DNA from: Acidimicrobiia bacterium
GTDB taxonomy: Bacteria; Actinomycetota; Acidimicrobiia; Acidimicrobiales; JANYDT01
Reading direction: 5' to 3'
Assembly (NCBI GenBank): GCA_031381685.1
Contig: JANMYF010000037.1
Location: 11,247-75,246 of the forward strand
Length of the DNA: 64,000 nucleotides
In this document: piece by piece, positions 1 to 9,950 of the stretch
How the letters are laid out: every line of letters starts with the position of its first letter
How positions within the stretch are numbered: position 1 is the first letter of the stretch
The notes under the pieces: model-generated
What the model was told of the DNA's origin: nothing
The model's database searches: none
The model's input: only the letters and a program-made list of their open reading frames with translations
Position numbers and translations under genes: made by a program

Positions 1-1
1 C

Positions 2-1348
2 AACCCGGCGTATCGAACCCACGAGCTCACGTATGCGCTGAACCAGTCCGGCTGTCGTCTCCTGGTCGCCGCGCCCTCGTTCAAGACGAGCGACTACCGC
101 GCCATGGTGGCGTCCGTCCAGCATGAACTCGACGTCCTCGAGGACACCGTCTTCCTGTTCTCCGACGACTGGACGGAGCTCATCGAACAGGGCGACTCGG
201 TGTCGGTCGAGCGCCTGCGCGAGCGAAGTGCGCTGCTCCAATTCGACGATCCGATCAACATCCAGTACACGAGCGGCACGACGGGCTTCCCGAAGGGGGC
301 AACCCTCAGCCACCACAACATCTTGAACAACGGCTTCTTCGTCGGTGAAGGCTGCCGCTACACCGAGGTCGACCGCATCTGCATCCCGGTCCCGCTGTAC
401 CACTGCTTCGGCATGGTCATGGGCAACCTCGGCGCCATCACCCACGGGGCATGCATGGTGTACCCGGAGGCCGCGTTCGATCCAGGTGCAACCCTCCGGG
501 CGATCGCCGCCGAGCGCTGCACGAGCCTCTACGGCGTGCCGACGATGTTCATCGCCCAACTCGGCCACCCCGACTTCGATTCCACCGTGTTCGATTCGCT
601 CCGCACCGGCCTCATGGCCGGCTCGCCGTGCCCGGTCGAGGTCATGAAGCAGGTGACGTCGCGTATGCACATGCCCGAAGTCGGCATCGCCTACGGCATG
701 ACCGAGACCTCCCCGGTGTCGACCCAGACGGCCAGCGATGACACCCTCGACCGGCGAACCGGCACGGTCGGGTCGGTCCACCCCCACGTCGAGGTGAAGA
801 TCGTCGACCCCGACACCGGCCGGGTCGTCCCCCGCGGAGCCACCGGCGAGTTCTGCACGCGCGGGTACTCGGTCATGCTCGGCTACTGGATGGAGCCCGG
901 TAAGACGGCCGACGCCATCGACCAGGCCGGCTGGATGCACACCGGCGACCTCGCCACCATGGACGACGACGGCTACGTGAACATCGTCGGCCGGATCAAG
1001 GACATGATCATTCGCGGTGGCGAGAACGTCTATCCCCGAGAGGTCGAGGAGTTCCTCTACTCCCATCCCGACATCAGCGACGTGCAGGTGATCGGCGTGC
1101 CCGATGCCAGGTACGGCGAAGAGATCATGGCGTGGGTGACCCTCCGGGAGGGCGCCGACCCGATGTCAGCGGACGATCTGCGCGCATACTGTCAGGGAAA
1201 CATCGCGCACTACAAGATTCCCCGCTACGTAAAGATCACCGAAGCGTTCCCGATGACGGTCACCGGCAAGGTCCGCAAGATCGAGATGCGCGAGATCTCC
1301 ATCGGCGAGCTCGGCCTCGAGGCGGCGGCGTCGGTCAAGAACGCCTGA
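2..1348 (+). CDS. AMP-dependent acyl-CoA synthetase/ligase, 5' end cut by the window edge
   Basis: The frame of ORF 104..1348 stays open back to nt 2 ([17 protein letters not shown]...). AMP-binding motifs are present: [58 protein letters not shown]. Stop is TGA 1346-1348. Confidence 0.9.
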   Translation, partial: NPAYRTHELTYALNQSGCRLLVAAPSFKTSDYRAMVASVQHELDVLEDTVFLFSDDWTELIEQGDSVSVERLRERSALLQFDDPINIQYTSGTTGFPKGATLSHHNILNNGFFVGEGCRYTEVDRICIPVPLYHCFGMVMGNLGAITHGACMVYPEAAFDPGATLRAIAAERCTSLYGVPTMFIAQLGHPDFDSTVFDSLRTGLMAGSPCPVEVMKQVTSRMHMPEVGIAYGMTETSPVSTQTASDDTLDRRTGTVGSVHPHVEVKIVDPDTGRVVPRGATGEFCTRGYSVMLGYWMEPGKTADAIDQAGWMHTGDLATMDDDGYVNIVGRIKDMIIRGGENVYPREVEEFLYSHPDISDVQVIGVPDARYGEEIMAWVTLREGADPMSADDLRAYCQGNIAHYKIPRYVKITEAFPMTVTGKVRKIEMREISIGELGLEAAASVKNA

Positions 1349-1380
1349 CGACCGCGCCGGGGGTCAGGGTCGGTCTGAGC

Positions 1381-2529
1381 TCAGGAACCGATGGACGCAA
1401 GGAGCGGACTGAGGCGCTCGGAGGTGGCGACGTCGGGGATGCTCTGGCGGCGCCGCCACACCAACGCACCAACGGCACCGGTGAGGATCGGCAGGAAGAA
1501 GGTCAGGCCGCGGTAGATCGCCAGCGCGGCAATGGCCTCCGGACGCGAGGAGCCGGCAGTGGTCAGGGCGCCGACGAGACCGAGCTCCATCACGCCGATC
1601 CCGCCGGGAATCGGAACGAACGAACTGACGACACGGACCAGAGCGAATGCCCGGACGACTTCCCATCCGTCGAGTCCGGTGCCGGCGCCGACGGCGTGCA
1701 GGGATGCCAGCAGGATCAGCGCGAGGAGCACCTGCGACACGACGGCGCCACCGACGATCATCGCGCCTCGGCGCCGAATGACCGACCATGCGCTTGCCCG
1801 GAACTCCTCCGACACGGTCGGGATCGGCCAGCGGAAGAGCATGCGCCGAACGGCCGGGACCCGTTCTCCGAGGCGACCGGCCAGTCCGGCGAAGCGACCG
1901 GCGAGCCACGCGGTGCAGCTGGGTCGTGAGAGCGCGATACCCCAGAACACCAGGGGGGCTACGAGGAACCCGACGGCGCCGGCGCCGATGATCATGTCGG
2001 CCCGATCCGCCCGGCCGGCAAGCAGGTCGGGCCACGTGTGCGCTCCGGCAACGAGCCACATGGCGAACGACGGGCAGAGTGCGGTGACGAACAGCGCGAC
2101 GCTCGCCCGGAGCGGACCGACGCCCCAGGACCGCCACATTGCGACACGCAGCGCGGTGCCGATCGCCGAACCGCCCACGATCGCATTCGATGCGCCGAGG
2201 TTCGCCTCGGTCGAGACGGCCATCCGCCCGAATCCGACGGCACCGACAGCGGCCCACTGCTGCGCCACGAGCACGAGGCGGTGGGCGACGACCAGTGCAC
2301 CGAGCACGACCCACCACCGTGCCGAGATCGACTTCGCCTCATTCCACGCGTTCACCATCAGGCTCCGGTGCATGAACGCTCCCGCCGCACTCGCGGTCAG
2401 AAATGCGCCGGTCGCCCAGGACATCCAGCGTCGCGGGAGATGACGGGTGCGGACGTGCGCCTCCGGCATCATCAGTTCGACGGGGGCGGCGAGGGACATC
2501 GACAACCATCTTCGGCCCATCTGCGCCAC
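1381..2529 (-). CDS. Flippase-like / lysylphosphatidylglycerol-synthase TM-domain family (UPF0104) membrane protein
   Basis: 382-aa ORF with many hydrophobic segments and the family-typical C-terminal segment VSSFVPIPGGIGVMELGLVGAL. A paralog lies at 28442..29794. The start codon is uncertain. Confidence 0.65.
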   Translation of the reverse strand: MAQMGRRWLSMSLAAPVELMMPEAHVRTRHLPRRWMSWATGAFLTASAAGAFMHRSLMVNAWNEAKSISARWWVVLGALVVAHRLVLVAQQWAAVGAVGFGRMAVSTEANLGASNAIVGGSAIGTALRVAMWRSWGVGPLRASVALFVTALCPSFAMWLVAGAHTWPDLLAGRADRADMIIGAGAVGFLVAPLVFWGIALSRPSCTAWLAGRFAGLAGRLGERVPAVRRMLFRWPIPTVSEEFRASAWSVIRRRGAMIVGGAVVSQVLLALILLASLHAVGAGTGLDGWEVVRAFALVRVVSSFVPIPGGIGVMELGLVGALTTAGSSRPEAIAALAIYRGLTFFLPILTGAVGALVWRRRQSIPDVATSERLSPLLASIGS

Positions 2530-2620
2530 TACATGAGTGGCTCGCGTTCAGGTGCGCCGCAAATAGGCGTTGGACCCATCACGATGGGCCCGGACACCCA
2601 CACGCCACGCCGGGCCGACG

Positions 2621-3820
2621 TCAACCATCGAGGTGGGCGCCGATGATGGTGTTCATGGCCGCGTCCTCGATGAGAAACGCATCATGGCCGACGATCGAAT
2701 GGACGAGCGCCAGCTCCCGGGGTTTGGGCGAGAGGAACACCAGCTCACGCTGCAGACGGATCGGGTACAGGCGATCGTCGTCGAGACCCACGAACTGCAC
2801 ATCGGCGGTGATGCGCCGCATCGCCGCCGCCACGCCACCACGGTCACGGCCGATGTCGTGGTGGTTCATGGCCTCGTTGATCGCCAGGTACGTGTTGGCG
2901 TCGAACCGGCGCTCGAGTCGCTCGGCGGCGTAATCGAGGTACGACATCACCGCGTAGTGCCCGCGGTCGCGTTCCGCCGACAGGATGCGCTGGTCGCCCT
3001 GGGGCCGGTTCCCGAATCGGCGGTGGAGTTCGAGCTCCGTGCGGTAGGTCATGTGACCGAGGCGACGCGCCTGTGCCATCCCGGCGACCGGGCCATCACC
3101 CTCGCCGATGTCGTAGTAATCGCCACCATGGAAGTCGGGGTCACTGGTGATGCAGTTCATCTGGATCGTCTGCCAGGCGATCTGTTCGGCCGTGGCCGCG
3201 GCACCGCAGCCGATGATCACCGATCGCTGCTGGCGCTCGGGGAAACCGACGGCCCACTCGAGGGCGCGTTGGCCGCCGAGTGACACACCGACGACGCCGA
3301 ACCACACGTCGATGCCCAACACGTCGGCCAGCGCGGCCTCAGCGGCAACCATGTCGCGGGTGGTGATGACCGGCCAGCGCGATCCCCACGGCGCTCCGTC
3401 GGGGGCCAGCTGACCCGGGCCGGTCGTGCCCTGACATCCACCGAGGGTGTTCGGGATGACGACGAAGAACCGGTCGGTGTCGATGCCCAGCCCGGGCCCG
3501 ATGACGCCGTTCCACCAGCCGGCTTCCGGATGACCGGGGCCGGCTGGACCGACGGCGTGGCTGTCGGCGGTGAAGCCGTGCAGGACGAGCACGGCGTTGG
3601 ACCGATCAGCGTTGAGGGTGCCGGCGGTCTCGTAGCAGACGACCGTCTCGGGGAGGACTCCCCCGGCTTCGAGCTTCAGTTCGCCGATCGACGCGAACTG
3701 ACGCCGACCGGGGACGTCTCCGGTGCGCCACACCTTCCGCCATGGCCCGATCGGGTCGCCGTTCGCGTCCACACCGATCGGCGCGGCGCGGTTCGGTTGT
3801 CGAAGGGAGCTATCGGACAC
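2621..3820 (-). CDS. metX: Homoserine O-acetyltransferase
   Basis: 399 aa. MetX signatures present: NAVLVLHGFTADSHA, GWWNGVIGPG, FFVVIPNTLGGCQGTTGP, nucleophile elbow GVSLGGQRALEWA. Sits directly downstream of metY. Confidence 0.9.
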   Translation of the reverse strand: MSDSSLRQPNRAAPIGVDANGDPIGPWRKVWRTGDVPGRRQFASIGELKLEAGGVLPETVVCYETAGTLNADRSNAVLVLHGFTADSHAVGPAGPGHPEAGWWNGVIGPGLGIDTDRFFVVIPNTLGGCQGTTGPGQLAPDGAPWGSRWPVITTRDMVAAEAALADVLGIDVWFGVVGVSLGGQRALEWAVGFPERQQRSVIIGCGAAATAEQIAWQTIQMNCITSDPDFHGGDYYDIGEGDGPVAGMAQARRLGHMTYRTELELHRRFGNRPQGDQRILSAERDRGHYAVMSYLDYAAERLERRFDANTYLAINEAMNHHDIGRDRGGVAAAMRRITADVQFVGLDDDRLYPIRLQRELVFLSPKPRELALVHSIVGHDAFLIEDAAMNTIIGAHLDG

Positions 3821-3940
3821 GGGATGCTTTCGGATGCGGCGCGGCGCAAGCCGCCAAGGGGGCGGGGTGCGCGTGCAGCGGGGGTGATGAGCGGAGCGCC
3901 GAGGCCACCGGGCAGGTCGACCTCAGCGCTCGAACAGAGC

Positions 3941-5239
3941 TCAGGCCTTGGCGGCGGCGAACCCGGCGTTCAGGTCGGCCAGCAGATCGTCGATCGACTC
4001 CAGGCCGATGGACAGACGGATCAGGCTGGGGGTGACTCCGGTCGCCGCCTGCTCGGCGGGAGTGAGCTGGCTGTGGGTCGTCGCCGCCGGCTGGATGACC
4101 AGCGAACGAAGATCGCCGACGTTGGCCAGGTGGCTGAACAGCGACAGGGCGTCGACGAACTTCTTGCCCGCCTCGATGCCGCCCTTGAGCTCGAAGTTGA
4201 CGATGGCCCCGGCTCCGTTGGGCAGGTACTTCTTCGCCTTGTCGTTCCAGGGCGAGCTGGCGAGGCCGGGATAGCGGACCAGCTCGACGTCGGGGTGGGC
4301 CTCGAGGAACTTCGCGATCGCCAGCGCGTTGGCGCAATGACGATCCATGCGGACGCTCAGCGTCTCCACGCCTTGGATGAGCAGGAACGAGTTGAACGGA
4401 GCGATCGCCGCGCCGTAGTCACGCAAACCCTGCACGCGCGCCTTGATGATGTAGGCGGGCGCACCGAGCACCTCCCAGTATTTTAAACCGTGGTAGCTCG
4501 GGTCGGGCTCGGTCATCATCGGGAACCGCCCCGAAGCACCCCAGTCGAACTTGCCACCGTCCACGATGATGCCGCCGATCGACGTGCCGTGGCCGCCGAT
4601 GAACTTGGTCAGCGAATGCACGACGATGTCGGCGCCGTGCTCGAGCGGACGGCACAGGTACGGCGTGGCGAGCGTGGCGTCGACGATTAACGGGACGCCG
4701 GCCTCGTGGGCGACACCGGCGACGCCCGTGACGTCGAGGACATCACCCTTCGGGTTGCCGATCATCTCGCCGTAGAGCGCCTTGGTGTTGGGCTTGATGG
4801 CCTTGCGCCAGGCGTCGAGATCATCGGGGTCATCGATGAAGTCGACGGTGATGCCGAGCTTCGGCAGGTTGTAGTGGAACAGGTTGTAAGTGCCGCCGTA
4901 GAGGCTCGCCGAGGCCACGATGTGGTCACCGGCTTCGGCGATGTTCAAGATGGCGAGGGTTTCCGCTGCCTGGCCCGATGCAACCGCCAGGGCCGCGACG
5001 CCTCCTTCGAGCGACGCGATGCGCTGCTCGAGCACATCCTGCGTCGGGTTCATGATGCGTGTGTAGATGTTCCCCGCTTCCGCGAGTCCGAACAGCGCTG
5101 CGGCGTGGTCGGTGTCACGGAACGCGTAGCTGGTGGTCTGGTAGATCGGGGTGGCGCGGGCGCCGGTGGCGGGGTCGGGTGCGGCACCGGCATGGATCTG
5201 CCGTGTTTCGAAACCGAAGGACGAAGGGTCGAGGGCCAT
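3941..5239 (-). CDS. metY: O-acetylhomoserine sulfhydrylase (PLP-dependent, Cys/Met metabolism family)
   Basis: 432 aa. N-terminus FETRQIHAG...[14 protein letters not shown]-lysine region [18 protein letters not shown]-terminus [21 protein letters not shown]-like caggag sits upstream of the ATG at 5239. Confidence 0.9.
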   Translation of the reverse strand: MALDPSSFGFETRQIHAGAAPDPATGARATPIYQTTSYAFRDTDHAAALFGLAEAGNIYTRIMNPTQDVLEQRIASLEGGVAALAVASGQAAETLAILNIAEAGDHIVASASLYGGTYNLFHYNLPKLGITVDFIDDPDDLDAWRKAIKPNTKALYGEMIGNPKGDVLDVTGVAGVAHEAGVPLIVDATLATPYLCRPLEHGADIVVHSLTKFIGGHGTSIGGIIVDGGKFDWGASGRFPMMTEPDPSYHGLKYWEVLGAPAYIIKARVQGLRDYGAAIAPFNSFLLIQGVETLSVRMDRHCANALAIAKFLEAHPDVELVRYPGLASSPWNDKAKKYLPNGAGAIVNFELKGGIEAGKKFVDALSLFSHLANVGDLRSLVIQPAATTHSQLTPAEQAATGVTPSLIRLSIGLESIDDLLADLNAGFAAAKA

Positions 5240-5349
5240 GGGAACAACTCCTGGAGATTGGGTGCGTCGGCGAGCGCCGGAACGCGGAAGGGAAACAGGG
5301 TAGGGATGGGGATGACGAAAGACGGCGACACGATTTCGCTTTGCTTTGC

Positions 5350-5490
5350 CTTGCCGCGACCGTCGGATCAGTCAGGTGGTACAGCTCACCGGGATTCCTC
5401 CTTCATCGTACGGGCGTTGGCACCTGGCGGTTCTCGCTGGTTGCCGCGACGTCGACGGGCCCGTCCCTCGGTCGCTCTGGATGACGCGGA
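5350..5490 (-). promoter_or_regulatory. SAM riboswitch of the SAM-I clan (S-box core; P4 appears reduced, as in SAM-IV or SAM-I/IV variants) in the metY-metX leader
   Basis: The minus-strand read of 5488->5395 is CGUCAUCCAGAGCGACCGAGGGACGGGCCCGUCGACGUCGCGGCAACCAGCGAGAACCGCCAGGUGCCAACGCCCGUACGAUGAAGG. It matches the S-box conserved blocks UCAUC-AGAG, GAGGGA, GGCCC, GCAACC, GGUGCCAA and the closing GAUGA. It lies about 155 nt upstream of the metY ATG. Confidence 0.75.
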
Positions 5491-5603
5491 ACAGTCAAGC
5501 GAGCGAAACCCGACCTGTCAAGTCAGTTTTCCCGAGCGATGGCCGGGCGATACCCTGCGAGCGTGAGGAACGGGGTCCCTTCGGCGACGATCGCGAGCCG
5601 GCC

Positions 5604-6446
5604 ATGACGGGGAACCCCTGGCTGGCGCGCCGACCCCTGCACTACGCCCATCAGGGCGGTGCACTCGAGGCCCCTTCCACCACGCTCTACGCGATGCGGC
5701 GGGCCGTCCACGAGCACGGCGCCCATGCCCTCGAGCTCGATGTACACCGCACCGCCGACGGTGTCCTCGTGGTCTGCCACGACACGACCGTCGACCGGAC
5801 CACTCCGGCGACCGGCGCCATCCACGACTTCACCCTGGATGAGCTGCGCCGGCTCGACAATGCGCACTGGTGGTCCCCCGGGCACGACGCCGTCGTCGGC
5901 TTGATGGACGAGGCGTACCTGCTCCGGGGACGCTTTCCCGATGATCCGTCGCTCGGGATCGCCACGCTGGAGGACGTGCTGGTCGAGTTCCCGGACGTGT
6001 TCCTCAACTTCGACATCAAAGAAATCGGTCCGCACCGCTACGAGGCCGACCTCGCCGACCGGCTCCGGGCGCATGGCCGCACGACGGACGTGATCGTGGC
6101 GTCCTTCCACGATGACGCGCTCCGCGCGTTCAGCGCCTACGCGCCGGAGATCCATGTGTCGCTCGGCCCCGACGACACGTTCGCCTTCTACGACGCGGTG
6201 ACGAACGGTGCCCCCCACCGGGTGTTCGCGCCCTCGCAGGTCGCCCTGCAGGTCCCGGCGTCCTTCGAAGGCATCGAGGTCGTCACCCCGGCGTTCGTCG
6301 ACGCCGCCCATCGCCTCGGGCTGGCGGTCCACGTGTGGACGATCGATGACGAGCAGGAAATGCGTCACCTTCTCGCCATGGGTGTGGACGCCATCATGAC
6401 GGACCGCCCGAGCGTCCTGGCCGCCGTGCTCTCCGCCGGGGCCTGA
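5604..6446 (+). CDS. Glycerophosphodiester phosphodiesterase family protein
   Basis: The GDPD N-terminal motif HYAHQGGALEAPSTTLYAMRRAV..GAHALELDVHRTADGVLVVCHDTTVDRTT is present. I chose ATG 5604 because the upstream part of ORF 5346.. overlaps the riboswitch region and is not protein-like. Confidence 0.8.
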   Translation: MTGNPWLARRPLHYAHQGGALEAPSTTLYAMRRAVHEHGAHALELDVHRTADGVLVVCHDTTVDRTTPATGAIHDFTLDELRRLDNAHWWSPGHDAVVGLMDEAYLLRGRFPDDPSLGIATLEDVLVEFPDVFLNFDIKEIGPHRYEADLADRLRAHGRTTDVIVASFHDDALRAFSAYAPEIHVSLGPDDTFAFYDAVTNGAPHRVFAPSQVALQVPASFEGIEVVTPAFVDAAHRLGLAVHVWTIDDEQEMRHLLAMGVDAIMTDRPSVLAAVLSAGA

Positions 6447-6464
6447 GCGCAGCTCTCGGCTCGG

Positions 6465-7940
6465 CTACGCACCCACCGAGAACAGCTGGTCGACCGGGGC
6501 GAAGTCGTCCCGCAGCACCGGACTGTCGCCGACCCAGCGACGCAGTGCAGCGCCTGAACGGACGACGGCCTCATAACCGCGCTCGTCGATCATCGCCCGG
6601 TAGGTGTCGACGGGCAGCGGCCGGTCGGACGCGACGACGATGAAGTTGGACCCGAATGGCTCCCGGGAGAACGAGGACTCCGGAGCGAACACGGCAACGT
6701 GGTCGAACACGCTGGCGATCGTGGCCACCTCAGCACGCACGAAACGGTGCTGCTTGGCATCGATCACGTTCAGGGCGTAGATGCCATCCGGACGCATCGC
6801 CTCCCGGATCACGCGGGTGAACTCGACCGTGGTGAGGTGCCACGGCACCGCCTCGGCCCCGAACGCATCCCCGAACACCACGTCAGCCCGACCTTTCGGC
6901 TGGCGTCCCATCGTGACCCGGCCGTCACCGATCACCACGTCGACATCGGGTCCGGGCACCCAGCCGAGCTTGCGCTCGGCCAGATCGGGCAGCGCGGCGT
7001 CGACCTCGAGTACGACGCCCGTCGAGCCGGGCCGAACGGCGCGCACATAGCGGGGCATCGTGAGCGCGCCGCCGCCGAGGTGCACAGCATGAATCGGACC
7101 GGGCGCAAGGGCGTCGACCGCGACTCCGAAGAGCTGGGTGTAGGGGAAGCGAAGCGACGCCGGATCGTCGAGGTCGACCTCGGAGTGGTCGAGGTTGTCC
7201 AGGTGGAGGACGCGAATCGATGGTTCGCCCTCGATGCCGAGCACCGACGCGCAGTAGTACGCGCCCTCCATCTCGCACGGGCTGTCGACGGTGACCGCCG
7301 CCCCGGCCCCCAGTCCCCCGAAGGCCAGCAACCCGACGGCGGCAAGACGTTCCGTCCGAGGCCGCTTGCGAGTGGTCACCGTGAGAAGCGCGCCGACGGC
7401 GATCAATGCGGCCCCGACGCATAGGACCGTGACGGTGACCGGCACCTTGGCGACGAGCAGGAAGCCCGTGACGAAGGTGCCCACGATCGCCCCGGTGGTG
7501 CCGATGGCGCTCATCGATCCAACGGTCGCCCCACTCGACTCGAGCGAACGCAACTGCGTCTTGACGAGCATCGGCGACACGGCGCTGAGCACGATCGAGG
7601 GAAGCAGGAATCCCGCCACCGTGGCGATGAGCACGACGGCGACGCTGGTCCCGTCGAGGCGCTCCGCGGCAACGCGGACGATCGGCGGGGCGAGCAGTCC
7701 GAGCCCGCCGCCCAGCATCATCGTGGGTCCCACCATCGACCTCGGGTCGATCTCGTCGGAGACCCGCCCTCCGAGCCAGCTTCCGAACGCGATGCCGGCC
7801 AGCACCACCCCGATGATGGAGGTGTAGGTCTGCAGAGTCACGCCGACGTACGGGGCCAGCAAACGTCCGGCGAGGATCTCCAGGACCAGCACCGAAGCCG
7901 ACGTGAAGAACGCCAGGACGCGCGCGACAGTTTGGTTCAC
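6465..7940 (-). CDS. Fused polytopic-membrane / spermidine-synthase-like (class I methyltransferase fold) protein
   Basis: The N-terminal half has hydrophobic helices (LEILAGRLLAPYVGVTLQTYTSIIGVVLAGIAFGSWLGG). The C-terminal half has the aminopropyltransferase-like motif VHLGGGALTMPRY...VVIGDGR...DVVFGDAF. GTG 7940 was chosen because it lies just after the upstream gene's stop at 7954. An ORF-track start at 8015 is possible. Confidence 0.65.
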   Translation of the reverse strand: MNQTVARVLAFFTSASVLVLEILAGRLLAPYVGVTLQTYTSIIGVVLAGIAFGSWLGGRVSDEIDPRSMVGPTMMLGGGLGLLAPPIVRVAAERLDGTSVAVVLIATVAGFLLPSIVLSAVSPMLVKTQLRSLESSGATVGSMSAIGTTGAIVGTFVTGFLLVAKVPVTVTVLCVGAALIAVGALLTVTTRKRPRTERLAAVGLLAFGGLGAGAAVTVDSPCEMEGAYYCASVLGIEGEPSIRVLHLDNLDHSEVDLDDPASLRFPYTQLFGVAVDALAPGPIHAVHLGGGALTMPRYVRAVRPGSTGVVLEVDAALPDLAERKLGWVPGPDVDVVIGDGRVTMGRQPKGRADVVFGDAFGAEAVPWHLTTVEFTRVIREAMRPDGIYALNVIDAKQHRFVRAEVATIASVFDHVAVFAPESSFSREPFGSNFIVVASDRPLPVDTYRAMIDERGYEAVVRSGAALRRWVGDSPVLRDDFAPVDQLFSVGA

Positions 7941-7953
7941 AGGGGCGATGTCC

Positions 7954-8877
7954 TCATCGGGTGGTGTCGGTCTCGGGGGCGAACTCGCTTCGCAGCAGCA
8001 CGTTGCCGGTGGCATCGTCGATGACGACGACGATGTCGGAGAAGACGATACGGGCGATTGTCGTGACGGGAACGATCGTCGGCAGGTTCTGGCGGATCAC
8101 GACGGACGACTGGCGTCGGCCCTCCACACCGGCGAAGCGGACGACCCAGACCGTACGCAGATCGCGCTTGAGCTGACCGGTTCCGCCGGTGACCCGTTCG
8201 TTGGTCTCGAGGGCGTAGCGGGCGAAGAACACCTCGGGCGTCGGGGCAACCGTTCCCGTCGGCAACTCTCGTTTCGCGGTGCGCACCACTGACGCCTTCG
8301 ACCGGATCACCTTGGTCGACGGCTCAACCGGCTCGAAGCGCAGCGCACCGGCCGCCAACGTGCGGGTCGTGGTGATTCGCAGGCCGCTCTTCGCCGTTGT
8401 CGTCGGCGCCCGGACCGTCGTGGTGGGCAACGCCGTTGTCGTGGGCGGCCGGACCGTCGTGGTGGGCAACGTCGTCGTCGGCCGGACCGTCGTGGTGGGC
8501 AACGCCGTCGGGGGCCGGACCGTCGTCGCTGCGCCCGTGAGACCGGTGGTCGACGGAACAACGCTGCGTGGCGAACCGGACGCGACCACCGCGCCCGGAG
8601 TCGTCGTTCGAACACCGGTCGAAGGCGGCAGTCCCGGAGGACCGGCAACCGCCCGGAGTTGGGTGCCGGCGGCGGGCGTCGGCCCGGCCACCCGGCTCGC
8701 GGGAGGAGCGGAGGTGATGGGCGTCCGCGGCGAAACGGTCGAGGTCGTCTGGGCGCGAACCGGGCGAACGTGGTCAACGACAACGACGACGGCGGCCACA
8801 ACGACGACGGCGGCCACAACGGCGACGGGGGCGACGAACGCCGAGATCGACCGTCGCTTTCCCTGTCCAGATCGCAC
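7954..8877 (-). CDS. Membrane-anchored hypothetical protein with a Pro/Thr-rich tandem-repeat linker
   Basis: 307 aa. It has an N-terminal TM segment (FVAPVAVVAAVVVVAAVVVVV), then repeats ...LPTTTVRPTTTLPTTTVRPPTTTALPTTTVRAPTTT, then a roughly 130-aa C-terminal domain I do not recognise. Confidence 0.5.
   Translation of the reverse strand: MRSGQGKRRSISAFVAPVAVVAAVVVVAAVVVVVDHVRPVRAQTTSTVSPRTPITSAPPASRVAGPTPAAGTQLRAVAGPPGLPPSTGVRTTTPGAVVASGSPRSVVPSTTGLTGAATTVRPPTALPTTTVRPTTTLPTTTVRPPTTTALPTTTVRAPTTTAKSGLRITTTRTLAAGALRFEPVEPSTKVIRSKASVVRTAKRELPTGTVAPTPEVFFARYALETNERVTGGTGQLKRDLRTVWVVRFAGVEGRRQSSVVIRQNLPTIVPVTTIARIVFSDIVVVIDDATGNVLLRSEFAPETDTTR
8400..8525. repeat. In-frame coding tandem repeat (39/33/33-bp units) that encodes the PT-rich linker
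   Basis: CCGGACCGTCGTGGTGGGCAACG recurs at 8400, 8439 and 8472, with a partial copy at 8505. Confidence 0.8.
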
Positions 8878-8951
8878 GGCCGTCCAGGCTACGGCGACAG
8901 CGAGGGCTTGGTCGCCAGCATCGGTCCGGTCGATCGATCGGACAAAGCCCG

Positions 8952-9881
8952 GTGGTCGGTGGGAGCATCACTGCCGTGACCACATCGCCCTCCTTCACCG
9001 AGATCCGCTACGACGTCGCCGACCGGGTCGCCACCGTCACCCTCGATCGGCCGGACCGCCTCAACGCCTTCACCGGCCAGATGATGCGGGAGGTGATCCA
9101 GGCGATGGACCTCGCCGACGCCGACGACGGCGTCCGCGCGGTGGTCTTCACCGGCGCCGGTCGGGGGTTCTGTGCCGGCGCGGACCTCGCCGCCGGTGGG
9201 GCAACGTTCGATGGCGCCGCGTCCAAGGGCACCGTCGCCGAAGCGATCGCCGGGACCGTCGACGAACGGATCCGCGACGGGGGCGGCCGGATCTCCTTGC
9301 GACTGTTCGAATCGCGCAAGCCGCTCATCGCCGCGATCAACGGCCCGGCGGTCGGGGTTGGGGTCACCATGACGCTGCCCATGGACATACGCCTGGCGTC
9401 GACGAGTGCCAAGTTCGGTTTCGTCTTCGCCCGCCGTGGCATCGTCCCCGAAGCCTGCTCGAGCTGGTTCCTCCCCCGGCTCGTCGGTATCTCGAAGGCC
9501 ACCGAATGGTGCTTCACCGGCCGTGTCTTCGGTCCTGATGAGGCGCTTGCCGGTGGCCTGGTCCGCAGTGTCCACGCCCCCGACGATCTGCTTCCGGCGG
9601 CCTACGCCTTGGCCGGTGAGATCGCGTCGAACACGTCGGCGGTGAGCGTCGCCGTCACCCGCCAGATGCTGTGGCGCATGCTCGGTGCCGACCACCCGAT
9701 GGAAGCTCACGTGGTCGATTCCCGGGCGATCTGGGAGCTCGGCAAGGGCAAGGACGCCCGTGAGGGTGTCGAATCGTTCCTGGAGAAGCGCCCGGCCGTC
9801 TTCTCGGCCTCGCCTACGACCGACATGCCAGACTTCGTGCCGTGGTGGGAGAACCGACCGTTCCGCGGGTTGCCGCGCTGA
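8952..9881 (+). CDS. Enoyl-CoA hydratase/isomerase (crotonase) family protein
   Basis: Crotonase motifs are present: VATVTLDRPDRLNAF, VVFTGAGRGFCAGADL, PLIAAINGPAVGVGVTMTL. An alternative GTG start at 8976 follows gggag. Confidence 0.85.
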   Translation: MVGGSITAVTTSPSFTEIRYDVADRVATVTLDRPDRLNAFTGQMMREVIQAMDLADADDGVRAVVFTGAGRGFCAGADLAAGGATFDGAASKGTVAEAIAGTVDERIRDGGGRISLRLFESRKPLIAAINGPAVGVGVTMTLPMDIRLASTSAKFGFVFARRGIVPEACSSWFLPRLVGISKATEWCFTGRVFGPDEALAGGLVRSVHAPDDLLPAAYALAGEIASNTSAVSVAVTRQMLWRMLGADHPMEAHVVDSRAIWELGKGKDAREGVESFLEKRPAVFSASPTTDMPDFVPWWENRPFRGLPR

Positions 9882-9950
9882 CCGTCCGGCACCGGCACGC
9901 CGCCACCGAACGGGAATGGGTCGCGACCCTACGGCCCTCCGGGACGTTGC

